A DNA stretch of 64,000 nucleotides. Source: Flaccisagitta enflata (taxonomy: Eukaryota). Below the pieces are notes generated by a model that was not told the origin of the DNA, ran no database searches, and saw only the letters and a program-made list of their open reading frames with translations. A program made the position numbers and the translations under genes. This document shows positions 13,218 to 26,239 of the stretch, one piece after another. The stretch covers positions 34,348,001 through 34,412,000 of the forward strand of contig OZ231126.1 of the NCBI GenBank assembly GCA_965153355.1, given 5' to 3'. Every line of letters starts with the position of its first letter. Positions within the stretch are counted from its first letter, which is position 1.

Positions 13218-13911
13218 TCCAACCAACCAACCAAAAAAAGCTTTAAGTCGCGTGTCCGCGATTAAAAGAGAGAAAGGAAGAAAGCTGGTGGGAACAGAGG
13301 CAGAGGCGATCGTAAAGAAATCGATGGCAGGAGCGAGTGAAGCCATCTCGAGGCCCGGGCTCTAGCTATCTTCTTTCAGCTTCATGCGTCTTCTGTCATC
13401 AGCGCGTGTCGCTTCCATTTATATCGCACTTCCACTTTGACGTTGGATGATCCAGTATCATCTTAGCTTACTGTGTCGAATTTGAGGTAAGTTACATTTG
13501 GTTGTGTGGGCTGCTTCCATAGCAGCATATGCATATGCACTTGCATACGCATACGCATATGCATATGTATCGCAGTTGCACTTCGGCATCGGTTTGTCAA
13601 GTGTTACATTGGTTTTCTGTGTCTGATGTTATAAAATATACTTAGAGTGTTTCCATTACCTCCATGATTATCGCACTAAAGCATTAGCAATAGATGGTAG
13701 AGTGTCATATTTGATATGTCACACGTTTCTATCTCCTCTTCCTAACACATGCCGCTGATGCTTTGATGATCAAAACTTCATGGGAAATGAACGATATGAT
13801 CCTTCATTGGTCACAGCATTTGCCATCATCGATTTTACTCTCGGATTCACGTTGTCACGTTTCAAAAGCGGTTGGAACGACTTTGAGACGAGTGATATAA
13901 TCGAGTGTCAC

Positions 13912-14606
13912 TTTTTGGGCAGCGGCCCCGAAGGGGACGAAGTCCTGTAGAACACAGGGGGAATTTCGTTCGTCCGTCTGTCATTCCGTGCGTTCGTCCC
14001 CCCCAGGCCCTCACAGGCCTGAAATCTGCCCTCTCAGGCCTGAAATTTACTCTCTCAGGCCTTAAATTTGCCCTCTCAGGCCTGAAATTTGCCCTCTCAG
14101 GCCTTGAATCTGCTCCCTCAGGCCTGAAATCTGCCCTCCCAGGCCTTAAATTTGCCCTCTCAGGCCTGAAATCTGCCCTCCCAGGCCTTAAATTTGCCCT
14201 CTCAGGCCTGAAATTTGCCCTCCCAGGCCTTAAATTTGCCTTCTCAGGCCTGAAATTTGCCCTCTCAGGCCTTGATCTGCCCTCTCAGGCCTGAAATCTG
14301 CCCTCTCAGGCCTGAAATCTGTCCTCTCAGGCCTGAAATCTGCCCTCTCAGGCCTGAAATCTGTCCTCTCAGGCCTGAAATCTGCCCTCACAGATTCAAG
14401 GCCTGAGAGGAAAGATTTCAGGCCTGTGTGGGCCTGGGGGTGACGGATGGACGGAAGGACGGACGGACGAACGAAAGTCCCCCTGTGTTCTACAGGACTT
14501 CGTCCCCTTCGGGGCCGCTGCCCTGCTTCCCCTCACTCCAATTCACAATCATGCATAGTAGGGCAACGGGTATCGCTGACCACATATTGCCCTTGGGCGA
14601 CCTGTT
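13912..14606 (+). mobile_element. class E HINE-like element: ~60-bp subterminal IRs, 21-bp array, 3' hairpin tail
   Basis: GGGCAGCGGCCCCGAAGGGGACGAAGTCCTGTAGAACACAGGGGG from 13917 and its complement ending at 14523; array AGGCCTGAAATCTGCCCTCTC; tail ends TTGCCCTTGGGCGA-CCTGTT. Confidence 0.9.
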
Positions 14607-15062
14607 TTTGCTTTTCTCCTATGACCTGTCATCACCGACTATCCACCAACCTGATATCAGTCTCCTATCATCACCTTATCCACCCATCAATAATGGGCAC
14701 GGGGTCATTATCTTTTTTTATCTCCTGTATCATCAACTAACTAGCTTAACCAGCTCACTGACTCATTATATAGGCTTTTATAGCAAAAGCAAATACCCAC
14801 TAACTTACTCATGGCATCCCAAACTCATTAACTCAGCATTGGGTGCACGATTCGCGTATCAACTTCCCTTCCTTTTGTAAGCCCCCGTTAAACGCGTCTT
14901 CTTTCTCTCTTTCTGCCTCGCCCTCTCTTCTTACGAGATTCAAACCCGCGCTGGAGCTGAATTGTATACGTTTAATATTCCATTAGCTCTTCTTTACATC
15001 TTCCAACGACGGAGTCCGCTTTCATGCCATTGCATTAAAGTGACAATCCACATCTAGGCAGA

Positions 15063-15132
<70 letters not shown>

Positions 15133-15382
15133 CTGAAAAACGGATCCTCTGTCCGTCCTTTTCTCAATCTCTTTGTCGATGACACGCGACTACTTGACAA
15201 TTACGAATGTTGTTTTTTTTTTTTTTTTTTTTTTTTGTCACCACTGACTACCACTTTTTTAAATTTCTTCACTGCCCCTGTCCCTACACATGTGACCAAG
15301 TGCAGTCTCCATCGAGCTATGTTTTTTATTCCTTTAACCTCGAGTGGGAACGGGGGAACAAATATAATATTCTAAAGCATCA

Positions 15383-15586
15383 TTTTTAGTCGCGTGCTAC
15401 GCGACTTTATACCCCGCTATGTCGGTCCGTCGGTCAGTCGGTTGGTCGGTCGGTCCCCTTTTTACTTTTTCGGCGTTTTTGACCTTTTTGAGCATACGGC
15501 TCCTGCCCAGATGCCCTAGTGACCTTCTCCAGCACTGCTCCTGCCCACCCGCACGCGACTAGGGTAGTCGTGTATCCAGCTTTGTT
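15383..15586 (+). mobile_element. HINE class A
   Basis: AGTCGCGTGCTACGCGACT...CACGCGACTAGGGTAGTCGTGTATCCAGCTTTGTT. Confidence 0.85.
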
Positions 15587-16893
15587 AACATCATTCCCTA
15601 GTTCTTTTCTATCCCTCTCTTTTATTTTAGCAGTCCGAGAATATTATCTTTGCATTGTTTTGTTTCCCTCCCTTCGCGTCTTTCCTTCATTTCCTCCCTT
15701 GTCTTTTTTTTCTTTTATTCTTCATTATTGGCTTTCTTTGTGTGGTCGTAAGACAGCCCTTTTCTCATTCTTTTATTTTATCTGCCTCGCTCGTTTTTCT
15801 CTGTCTGTCTGATTTTCTTTCCAGTCGTGTCCGTAATTTTGGGTTAGAGTCTCACAAAAGCTACAAAGACAAGCATTTGGATACGCTCTGTTCCTGCTTC
15901 CATTGGATTCTTTTTTTTTTTGTTTTGTTTTTTTATTGGTCGTTTTTGTCCTTTCTTCGCAGGTCGAAGAAATTCGTTATCGAGTGCCTATTTCATAGAA
16001 CATTCCACGGTTGAAGACGTCCTGTAAATTTCAGTTTGGCTGTACTTTTCATTTCCATTTCTCTCTTTCATTGTTGGTTGGTTGGTTAGTTTCAAAAAAA
16101 TCCAAATCGACTGAAATAGTGATTTCTAAGCATTGCTGCCCCTGCCCAGCCACATAGTAGCCCCCGACCTGCCCTTAACTACCCCTGTCTACCCGTATCA
16201 CTGCACACAGGAGTATCAAAGTGAGAACTGCACTCGAGTGTCTCAAACATGCGTTGTTGGTCAGTAGACACATAGCAAAAAGAATAACCTCAAAAAGTTG
16301 ATCAGAACGGAAGTTATGATTTTTTTTCATTTTCGACTTATCCAGTTTTCCGCCTCCCGTTCGTGTTTCCCCAAGATTTCATACTTTCATGTATGAAGAT
16401 TTTCTAGGGGTTCGATCTTTCAATCAACTTTATGATGTCAGTTTTGAAAGAACATACGTAGGTATTCGGCAGGGCGCTGATGACTGTTTGCGAATCGTTA
16501 ACTGAGTAGCGATGGTATGAATTCAACCATCAAAATATGTCAAAAGTGACTTGATTTCATTCTTAGTCGCGTGCTTCGCGACTCTAATAGCCAAGTTTTG
16601 GTCGGTCGTCTGTCGGTCAGTCTCTCTGTCTGTCCTTATCTCACAATATCACTATCAAGGCATTTTTCTATATTTTTTAAGAAAGTAAACATGGGTCGGT
16701 TCCTCGGAAATGCAAGCAAAAAAGCTTTGTTGGAATTTTTATACCTGGGTTTGAATAGAGCCCATACGACTAGAACGGCAGAACAATACTCAAATGCAAT
16801 GAGTTTCGTTGATTTTTAGCGATAATCATGTGTAGGTGATTTTTTTTCTTCATAAAAACCTTGTTATAAATCTGTGGAGGCTTAAAAGAAAGG

Positions 16894-17106
16894 TTTTTTA
16901 GTCGCGTGCTACGCGACTCTACACCCCTCTTTGTCGGTCCGTCCGTCGGTCCGTCGGTCCGTCGGTCCGTCCGTCCGTCACACTTTACTTTTTCGGTGTT
17001 AATGGGGTTTTTGGCCTTACTGCTCCTGCCCAAATGCTCCGCTGACCTCAATTATGGCCCCTGCCCACCCGCACGCGACTGGGGTAGCCGTGTATCCAGC
17101 CTTGTT
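16894..17106 (+). mobile_element. HINE class A
   Basis: Same termini and core as 15383 and 28079. Confidence 0.88.
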
Positions 17107-17277
17107 TTTGGCTGAACTGGATCGAAGTGAACTAATGTTATATCCCCAGTGCATGACGTGTTCAAATCTGATGTCATTTTAATTTGTTGACCATAAGCGG
17201 AGACGTTAAAAAGAAATAAACAGCATTTCCCAGGCCTGTAAATTATTGAGTTTTCCCCTCCCACCACGTAATCTGAG

Positions 17278-17601
17278 GTGAGATTAAAACCCGGGGTATA
17301 CTCGGGTATTTGGGTATGCTCGGGTATTGCTCGGGTATTGCTTGGGTATTGCTCGGGTATTGCTCGGGTATTGCTAGGGTATTACTTGGGTATTGCTTGG
17401 GTATGCTCGGGTATACCCGGGTATCACTTTGGCATTGCTTTGGTATCGCTCGGGATTGCTCGGGTATGCTCAGGTATTTGGGTATGCTTGGGTATTGCGT
17501 GGGTATTGCCTGGGTATTGCTCGGGTATTACTCGAGTATTGCTAGGGTATTTCTTGGGTATGCTCGGGTATGCTCGGGTATTGCTTGGGTATTAATCTCA
17601 C
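17278..17601. repeat. 11-bp GGGTATTGCTC array bounded by IR GTGAGATTAAWACCC
   Basis: GTGAGATTAAAACCC ... GGGTATTAATCTCAC. Confidence 0.85.
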
Positions 17602-17695
17602 ATTTTTCTATTAGAGATTACCAGGTGCCTCCCCTCCCCCGTGGCGAAGGGGGGGATGATCAAAGATTGGAGAAGGGGAAGGAAATCAAAGGGGA

Positions 17696-18276
17696 ATAGC
17701 AGCCCAAAGGCAGTATATGCTTGAGTAGTGTGTGATTTAAGTTGAGGAGGAGTAGGGCAGCGGCCCCGAAGGGGACAAAGTCCTGTGGAACACAGGGGAA
17801 ATCTGCCTGTCCGTACGTCCGTCCATCCGTCCAAATAGCCCAAATCCAAGCAATATGGCCAAAATTAAAGCAAAATGGCCCTAATCTAAGCATAATGGCC
17901 AAAATCCAAGCAAAATGGCCCAAATCCAAGCAAAACGGCCCAAATCTGGTAAGCACCTAGGTATCGGAGGCCACCATGTAGGGCTAAGGGGCGAAAATGA
18001 TGGAACTTAGGCCAGAATTGGGGTTTTCTGGCTAGATTTAATTTGGGCCATTTTGCTTGAATTCGGGCCATTTTGCTTGGATTTGGGCCATTTTGCCTAG
18101 ATTTGGGCCATATTGCTTGGATTTGCGCTATTTGACAGAATTTGGGCCAGAATAGGCCCCAAAGGAGACAAAGTCCTGAGGATGGGGCAGGGGGGGACGG
18201 ACATACGGACAAAAGGACGGACAGATTCCCCCTGTGTTCTAAAGGACTTCGTCCCCTACGGGGCCGCTGCCCAAAA
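17696..18276 (-). mobile_element. class E element
   Basis: GGGCAGCGGCCCC IRs near 17756 and 18272; internal ~21-bp AAATGGCCCAAATCCAAGCA units present in both orientations. Confidence 0.85.
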
Positions 18277-18445
18277 AAGAGAAAAAAAAAGAAAGTTTGG
18301 GGAAAATATATATAACTTTTGACATTACCAAATCATTAAAACTAGTTAATACTAGTTAATAATACAATTTAACACTATTTAAACCTTAACTACACTGCTT
18401 TATTGCTTTAATGGTAAGAAAATCATAGATCAATCATGAATCATA

Positions 18446-19836
18446 AAGGGTGTCCCAGGTGAGTTGTAACATAAAGAATCGACATATGACGGCGAGCATC
18501 TGAAGGCAAGATTTAGTGTGTCAACAGGGGTAGAAATAGACAATTTCATGAGAATAGAAATGAAAAATTACATTAAAAGAATCATTGTAGTATGTCATGA
18601 TAGATATCTAATAGCAAAATTTGCATTCAAATTGGACAAAAGAGCAAGTATTGATACCATTAACTAAAAATGTTCACTAAAAAATTTTCAAAATCTTATA
18701 TTTGTTCACTGATCGGAGGCTTGTCAAAATTATAACTTTGTATAGAAAATGAAAAAATACAAAAATGAAGAACGTAGCCGCCTTCCAAAATTGATTACAG
18801 AGGCGGCTATATTTTTGAAAATGCAAAATTCCTTTGCATTTGAGAGTCTTATAATTTTGACAGCCGCAATTGGATAAAAAGTGTTGGCAAAATTTCATTA
18901 AAAACCCTTTTTTCTTTGCTTTGCTTATTCGAATTGCTGATTTTAAGGTTCTTTTGAGGTCAGCATATGACAAAGACATACACACAGTATGTTTCTGGAG
19001 ACAATTTGTCTCCTGAAAATATTTTTGGCATCATTATTATTCAACTATAGTTGCAAAAAAAAGCGGCGAAACACTAAATGTGGTGTCAATTGCTCGCCGT
19101 CATATCTCTGCTTCTAAGTCATCAAATCAATTTCTGAAAAAAAATCTCAAAGATCTTGGTCTGCACTTTTTGCATGCAAAATTTCATTACAATCGGAGCA
19201 TTTGTCTAGGGACCACATTTCTTTGAAATACACAAGTGATTTCTGACCATGTCTTTTCTTGATTTTTTACTTTTTACTGTACTTGGAAGTAGCTGTCTTC
19301 AACTGCTTCGCATTTTTTAACTAATTGAGCTAAAACCCTGCGATTGGTCTCAAATGGCAGATAATTTGTCATAGATTTTAGATTACCAAAAAAATTTAAC
19401 AGTTTCTTGAAATTTTGTGAGATTTTCATTAATTTTTTCAGATTTCCCCTTTTGATTTTGACAATCTTTGACCAAAATCATCAATAAAGTCATTAATTGT
19501 CAAAATTTTCCAAAATTTCAAAGCAGATGTACAATCTATGTATAAACATCTTTCAATTGAGACCAATCCCAGATTTTTAGATCAATTTGTCAAAGAATGG
19601 TAGATAGAAAGTCAGCTACTTCCAAATACAGCTTTAAAAAAGATAATTTTCCACTAAATGTTACCACTCATTTGATATTTTTCTGACCAGCAACTATCCA
19701 AAAATCAAAGTTGAAGTTTGGTATAACAAAATGTGCAAATCTAGATATTCATAGATCCATTTTCAAAATTTTTTTTTAGAACTTAGAAGCAGAGATATGT
19801 CGATTTATTATGTTACAACTGACTTGGGACACCCTG
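18446..19836. mobile_element. Tc1/mariner-type MITE, TA TSD
   Basis: (C/A)AGGGTGTCCCARGT.AGTTGTAACATAA ... TTATGTTACAACTGACTTGGGACACCCTG; TA on both sides. Confidence 0.88.
18487..19102. mobile_element. MITE nested in the left TIR of 18446-19836, TA TSD
   Basis: TGACGGCGAGCA...TGCTCGCCGTCA; removing it plus one TA restores AATCGACATATCTCTGCTTCTAAGT, which matches the right TIR. Confidence 0.9.
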
Positions 19837-19953
19837 TAAAATCATAAATCATAAAATCAAAGGCAGGAGGGAAAAAAATCCAAAGCAACTCAATTATATA
19901 TAATACACCCCCGGCATTTTCAGTGACGGAAACGATGCAAAAGCTGAAAGATT

Positions 19954-20058
<105 letters not shown>

Positions 20059-20409
20059 TGTCAATGTCATGTCATGTTTGTTCGCTGTCCATCAGTCATT
20101 TAATCCGTCTGTCAGATCAAATGTAATAAACGACTTGATTTGTTTCAGGCCAAGTAGGTCAATAATGTATCTTTTTTTTTTTTATTGAAGGTATGACAAT
20201 ATTAGAAGTCTTGAATGAAAGAATGATTGAATCAATCAATTAATGAATCATTGAGCAAATGAAACAAATATGGTAAAGTGATGAATCATGTTATACCTGA
20301 TAGAAAAATGGAAAAAAATATTTTCGCTTTTTTGCCACTGACAGACTGACCTATCGGAAATTTTAAGTGGGAAAATTCGGCTCCTCGGAAGATTTTCAAA
20401 ATATGAACG

Positions 20410-20493
<84 letters not shown>

Positions 20494-20735
20494 CGTGCGT
20501 GTGCGTGTGTGCGCGGGCGTGTGTATGTGTGTGCGCGGGAGTGCATGTGTGTGCACGTGTGCATGTGTGTGTATGCGTGTGTTCATCCGTCGGTTTTTTC
20601 TTTCCATCGAATGTTGCATGTTAACTACCAAATTTAATACACGCAGAGACACAGTCCGGACGCATTGTTACCTGATTGGGCAGACGTGGGCTGTAATACA
20701 CAAAACCTGACTCGTACACTAACCCTATCTCTAAC

Positions 20736-20855
<120 letters not shown>

Positions 20856-20967
20856 TGTGTGAAGGGGGTGGGGGTTGTACGCCCCTGCCTACTTGTCAGC
20901 GACAATATGATAACCCGACAATACTTGTTTCGCTTTCAGTGCTTTTAGTTCATTGCTATATATTGCC

Positions 20968-21117
20968 TTTTTAGTTGCGGACATGCAACTCTATAAGAGG
21001 CTTTGTCCGTCCGTCCGTCCGTCAGTCGGTTGGTCGGTCCGTAGGGGTGATCGAGTCGAAAAGTGGGAAAACGCGCATATCCGCCCCTTCCCACCTGTCT
21101 GCAACTGGTGGCCGTGA
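20968..21117 (+). mobile_element. HINE class C, 3'-truncated
   Basis: Near-identical to 5931-6117. Confidence 0.85.
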
Positions 21118-21309
21118 TCACGTACACAGAATTTGGGCCTTTGGCCTGAAGTTAAGTGCGAGCAAGTTTGGATATTACTTTCTTTACAAAAAAAACAAGG
21201 CCGTATACACGGCAGTATTAGTCACGGACGGGTGGGCAGGAGCGGAAAACCTAAAAAAACAAGTATGTGACGGACGGACGGATGGGACAAACAGACACAG
21301 ACACACACA

Positions 21310-21411
<102 letters not shown>

Positions 21412-21484
21412 CACACGCATTTGGTGGAAAGTGGCCAATGCTTACGACGTTTTTCCTCACGGCGATAGACGCCTTTACTGGTAT

Positions 21485-22031
21485 GGCAGATTTTTATCAG
21501 TTTCCGCGATGAACTTGTTACATCAATCTCATCAAGGTCATAAGAACAACGTCGTGTGTGTCGGACCTTTCTGAAAAAAATGGGCAGACAGACGGAAAAA
21601 CAGACAGATAAAGAGGCAGACAAACAAAAATGTTTCGGTTGACCTCGGAACAATTGGAAACACCTTTAAAATAACGAAAATTCCTTTGTGATGGACAGAC
21701 CGACGGACTGACTGACCGACCGACCAAAAAATTGCTTAAAGAGTCGCGTAGCACGCGACTAAAATGATTTCCGGAGCTTTTGCTCTAATTTTTGTTGCCT
21801 AGTCTTACCTGGTACAACAAATATCTTCCATCTTACGATGTCTCTGACTTCAATACTTTGACGCAATTTTTTATCATTCCTCTCACTCGAAGCAGAAAGC
21901 AAGTAAAAATTAGGCTAATAATAAATTCGCTTACACTAAATGGGAAAAAACAACAAGTTCGATGAAACGAAAAAAAGAGTTGAAAAAAGACGCGATAACA
22001 GACATTGCGACGTGAAGCGACTTTTGTCCAT
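21485..22031 (-). pseudogene. weak candidate remnant of the secreted-protein family (three exon-like pieces)
   Basis: Hydrophobic MDKSRFTSQCLLSRLFSTLFFVSSNLLFFPI* then GTAAGC; ERNDKKLRQSIEVRDIVRW...P then GTAAGA (21808); TTTTTTCAG acceptor (21571) then ERSDTHDVVLMTLMRLM*. Confidence 0.3.
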
Positions 22032-22998
22032 GGAATATGTTAAAGAGACGGGGTTACTTGTTACGAAAAAAAAGGAGTCATCGTTCACACCCATTAACAT
22101 TTCCGTTGGTGGACACCTGGTGGGGGTAATCAAGATCTCAGCAACCACAAGGTCGACAGCACTGTAACTCGGTGAGATGTGAGACAGGTCTGGTACAATT
22201 CAAAACCTAGTCCCACAAAATTTTTCTATCTCAGGAAGGTTGCTAGGGATGCTTATGAAATCTCGAGTAAAACTTCAAAAATCATTTTCACCCACTTGAA
22301 TCAGTCCGCATGGAATGAAATCATGACCTATCAACTTCTACAAGACCCAACTTTCATAAAATGAAAGGTTTCAAAACAGTCACATAGCGACCACTGAATG
22401 CAGTCTCAGAAAAGATACGCCTGTGTGCACTGCCCCTTCCTGCCCACCAGTGACTTCTTATTGGCCCTGAATCCAGCCTTGTCCTTTTTTTAATTTGTTT
22501 CTTTTTCATCTTTTTCATCTTTTTCATCTTTTTCTTTTTCTTTTTCTTTTTCTTTTTCTTTTTCTTTTTCTTTTTCTATTTCGTTTTTTTCTTCCCCTTC
22601 TTCTTCTCCTGCATCCTGTCCCTCCTTCATTCGGGGACTTTGTTGGTTCCATCGGCTTTTTCTTAACAGATTCCGTATCATGCCTCGTGTGTCACAGGAA
22701 TCTAACCTCCCTCGCTCTCTCTGACTTTCTGTGTCTGTCTGCCTCTCTTTCTCTCTCTCTCTCTCTTTGCCTCTCTTTTTTTTTTACCCATCGGAAATCA
22801 AAAGGAGCTTTTGAAAGCATCTGTTCATACGCCCACGGATGGATGCTTTCCTGTCTATCGCAGATGTTGGTCGTCGTTTTTTCTCCACCAGATGGCGCCG
22901 AAGGCAAAAATATATTCATAAGTAGAAACTAATTACATTGGATTTATCAAAGACGCAAATACATGTTTGCGCTGGCGGAAGTACAATATACATTGATG

Positions 22999-23193
22999 TT
23001 TTTAGTCGCGTGCACGCGACTCTACACCCCGTTTTGTCCGTCCGTCCGTTGTTCTGTTGATCACACTTTTATTTTTTTATCAATTTTATTTCTTTAAGTC
23101 ATTTAAAGTCATTTTAGAGTATACTGAGTCATTCTAAGTCATTCTAAGTCAATCTGTAAATCTCGCACGCGACTTATAGGTGTTGGCCTTGTT
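22999..23193 (+). mobile_element. HINE class A, short 10-bp array
   Basis: Same termini as 2197-2615. Confidence 0.88.
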
Positions 23194-23363
23194 TTAGAAA
23201 AGGACGCATATGTAGTCACGGAAAGAGGTGAACGATGCACAGTTGCAGACGTACAGATTAAAAGATAGTTCAAGAAATGTTTTTTTCTGTTTTTTTTTTA
23301 GTCACGTGCACAGGACTCCACACCTTGCTCAATCGGTCGGTCCATCCGTCCGTCCATCCATCC

Positions 23364-24322
23364 CACTGTGGGCTGTATTGTGCGCTAGGTGGCTCATTGG
23401 GGATTAACATTGCATCTTTTCCATTACATAGTTCCTTATGAAATATACAGAGTGAAAAACATTTTTCTACATATTTTCAGATGTTATGAAACTATTTATA
23501 TCCAATATTGACTCATTTCTATTGGATTAAGAGCTTTATGAGCTTAATGCACAAAAGAAGAGAAATTTGAGAAAATAAAGTGAAAAATACTGCTAAACTC
23601 TTTTATATTTAGTATTTAAATTGTCTAATGTTTTGACCAAATCACTTAAATTTTTGTCTTTGTTCAATAAGATTCCTTAATAAGGTGCTCAAAAAAAATC
23701 ATTTTTTTGCTCATTTAGCTCATTTTGCTCATTTTTCTTCCAATCAAATATAGATTTTTACTTTTATTCACATTATTACTTGTCCATTTTAGGCCAAGAA
23801 AATCGCAATTTGGACGTCGAAGGCCCGCTTGAGCCATAGCATTCTGGATTCAGGACCCCTTGAACTACATTTTGGCATAGGTGGCTCATTGTGCGTCCTT
23901 GTGCGATTTTTTATATTTATAGGGTAATGAAAGCATGCAAATTAGGTCAAATATGTAGTAATAGTAGACTAATTTAATAGTGCTAAAAATGTAAAAAATA
24001 ATGATTTTTTAAATTTTTCCAGACATTTAAACATTAATGAAGGAATGCAATCCAATATTGAAGATATCATGAGCTTTTTGTAATCTTAACAGATAATCCA
24101 AGAAATTTATTGATTTTTCTTGAAATATAGCATTTTTTGTAGTAATGTCGATTTAGGTCGCCTTTTTTCACTCTAAATTGCCATAAAACCTGTCATATGG
24201 ACCGGTAATGTATGCTCAAATGCTACCATGACCATTCTACTTAGTTTGAGTCATATAGCAGAGATGAAAATTTTCACTCAAATACCCAAGGAGCCGACTA
24301 GCGCAATCCGTGGCCCTTAGTG
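23364..24322. mobile_element. Transib-like non-autonomous element
   Basis: CAC...GTG termini; imperfect TIR CACTGTGGGCTGTATTGTGCGCTAGGTGGCTCATTGG vs CACTAAGGGCCACGGATTGCGCTAGTCGGCTCCTTGG; 5-bp TSD CATCC, inside a microsatellite. Confidence 0.75.
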
Positions 24323-24535
24323 CATCCATCCGTCCGTCCGTCCGTCCGTCCATCCATCCGTTTGTCCGTCCGTCCGTCCGTCCGTCCGTCCGTCCGTCCG
24401 TCCGTCCGTCCGTCCGTCACATCTTTGATTTTTTTACTTTTTCAGGGACTATAACGACTTAAAGTCAAAAAAGTTGTTTCAAGAGTTTAATTTGTGATAT
24501 TTAGTAGGAAAGTATTGGGTATCGGGTATCGGATG

Positions 24536-25216
24536 CAGGCAACCATTCAATCACGAAAATTGTGCCTGAGTTAAAATCATTTCCACTGAAGCACGACGTC
24601 GTGCTTCAGTGGAATGAAGACTAACTAGTGCTCTCTGCAATTTGAACTTCAATGGAATTGGCAATAAGTGATTTTTTCATTGAAGCAAAGATAGTCAAAG
24701 TATTCTTCATTTACCTTTATCTGAAGAAATCATCTCCTTTCTTTTTACCTCTTGCCTTTTCTCTTCATCTAAGTAGACTTGCTAAATAAAAAGAATATTG
24801 ATATCAAGAGTAAAATATAGTTTTGCATCTATCAAGTTTTTATAACAGTAAAAACTTTAAGTGGGAAAACTTTTTTTTTTCATAAAAACGTACATTCATG
24901 TGATAGGAAAAATTTGTTGGGATGAAAACAAAACTTTAAAAAAAGAAAAAGAATTAGGAGAAATTTTCCAAAGTCAAGAATTTATGACAAAAAGAAAAAA
25001 CTGTTTTTATTTGAAAGAGAGAAATAAAAAAAATTTGATTGCACTGAAATGAATTGTTATGACCAATCAAAGAAAAACTGGATTGACTTTTTATTTTATT
25101 GCAATATGAAAAAAGGTCAAGAGTCAATTTCACTGAAGCACGAAGTCGTGCTTCAGTGGAATGGCGCCCTACTGGCCTCATTTCCAGCTCAAAGTTCGTG
25201 ATTCAGTGACTAGCTC
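24536..25216. mobile_element. hAT-like element with internal palindromes
   Basis: Perfect 8-bp TSD ATCGGATG; degenerate TIR sharing AATCACGAA; palindromes CACTGAAGCACGA-N-G-TCGTGCTTCAGTG at about 24585 and 25131. Confidence 0.8.
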
Positions 25217-25281
25217 ATCGGATGAACCCAATACTTATGAATATTGAAAACCCAATACAATACCCAATACATATCGCTGGG

Positions 25282-25645
25282 CAGGCCTGATTTTAGTGAT
25301 TTTTTTGACTGAGCCGGTCGGGCTCGCTCCCCACAATTTGACAGAGCCCGAAAGGAAAACCATGAGCCCGGTAAAATTGTCATGCCAAATTTTATAATCA
25401 TATCAGCCTAGATTTGTAATAGCAGCTATTGATTATATGATGTAATGATAAAATGATCACTACAAAGATGATTCAATTTGTGTAAGAATTGAAAATCGAC
25501 TCAAGACTTTTTAAAAATATTTCACTCAATCAGCTTGAGCGTTTTGAATTCATCCCATTGAGAGAGAGCCTGCTGGGCGAGAGAGAGAGCCCAAGAGCAA
25601 AATAGAGAGCCTCGGGCTCGCGGGCTCGCTCTAAAATCAGGCCTG
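25282..25645. mobile_element. hAT-type MITE
   Basis: TIR CAGGCCTGATTTTAG/CTAAAATCAGGCCTG; perfect 8-bp TSD TCGCTGGG. Confidence 0.93.
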
Positions 25646-25679
25646 TCGCTGGGCCTTGGATGGGAGGAAGGAGGAAAGA

Positions 25680-26239
25680 ATAGTCGCAAAAGCGTCAGAT
25701 GGTCAGCGGTACCCGTTGCCCCTATGAGAGTGTTAGGTGGTTAGAGGGGCAGCGGCCCCAAAGGGGCCGATGACCTATGCTGTTTTTATTTGAACGTCTA
25801 GGCTTAAATTAGAGCCTGGAGGCTACATTTGGGGCCTTAAGGCTGAGATTTGTGAGCTTGGAGGCTGGGATTTGAGCTTGGAGGCTAGGATTTGGGGCTC
25901 GAGACTATGATTTGAGCCTTGGGGCTGGGATTTGAGCCTTGGGGCTGAGATCTGAGCCTCGAGGCTGGGATTTGAGCTTTGAGGCTTTGGTTTGAGCCTC
26001 GAGGCTGGGATTTGAGCCCTGAGGCTGAGATTTGAGCCTCGAGGCTGGGATTCAAGCTTTAGAGGTAGGTTTGAGCCCGGAGGCTAGGATTTGGGCCTTG
26101 AGACTAGGATTTAGGCTTGGAGACTAAGATTTGGGCCTCGAGGGGGGGGGACGGAGAAGAAGGAGAAGGAGGAGAAGGAGAAATTTCCCCTATGTGAGAA
26201 AGCATAGGTCATCGGCCCCTTTGGGGCCGCTGCCCAAAA
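25680..26239 (-). mobile_element. class E element (GGGGCCGATGACCTATGCT IR variant)
   Basis: 35-bp perfect IR; 21-bp array TTTGAGCCTCGAGGCTGGGAT; a related fragment lies at 5560-5690. Confidence 0.85.

Larger units (their letters stand above)
17231..19913 (-). mobile_element. hAT-type MITE (homolog of 56684-56992) expanded by nested insertions
   Basis: Ends CAGGCCTGTAAATTATTGAGT...ACTCAATTATATATAATACACCCCCG; TSD GCATTTCC/GCATTTTC; the remaining pieces match the reverse complement of 56684-56992 in order. Confidence 0.8.

Noticed and set aside
13380-13492. Exon-like segment (TTCTTTCAG ... GAG/GTAAGT)
   Set aside because: Good splice signals, but the two most plausible frames contain stops and no partner exon was found; at most a non-coding or decayed exon.
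13905-14294. Heptad-repeat proteins (GLKFALS; also GIGLIEL 8777, ASQASNL 47346, LRPKISP 27696)
   Set aside because: These are 21-bp minisatellites inside mobile elements, open in several frames.
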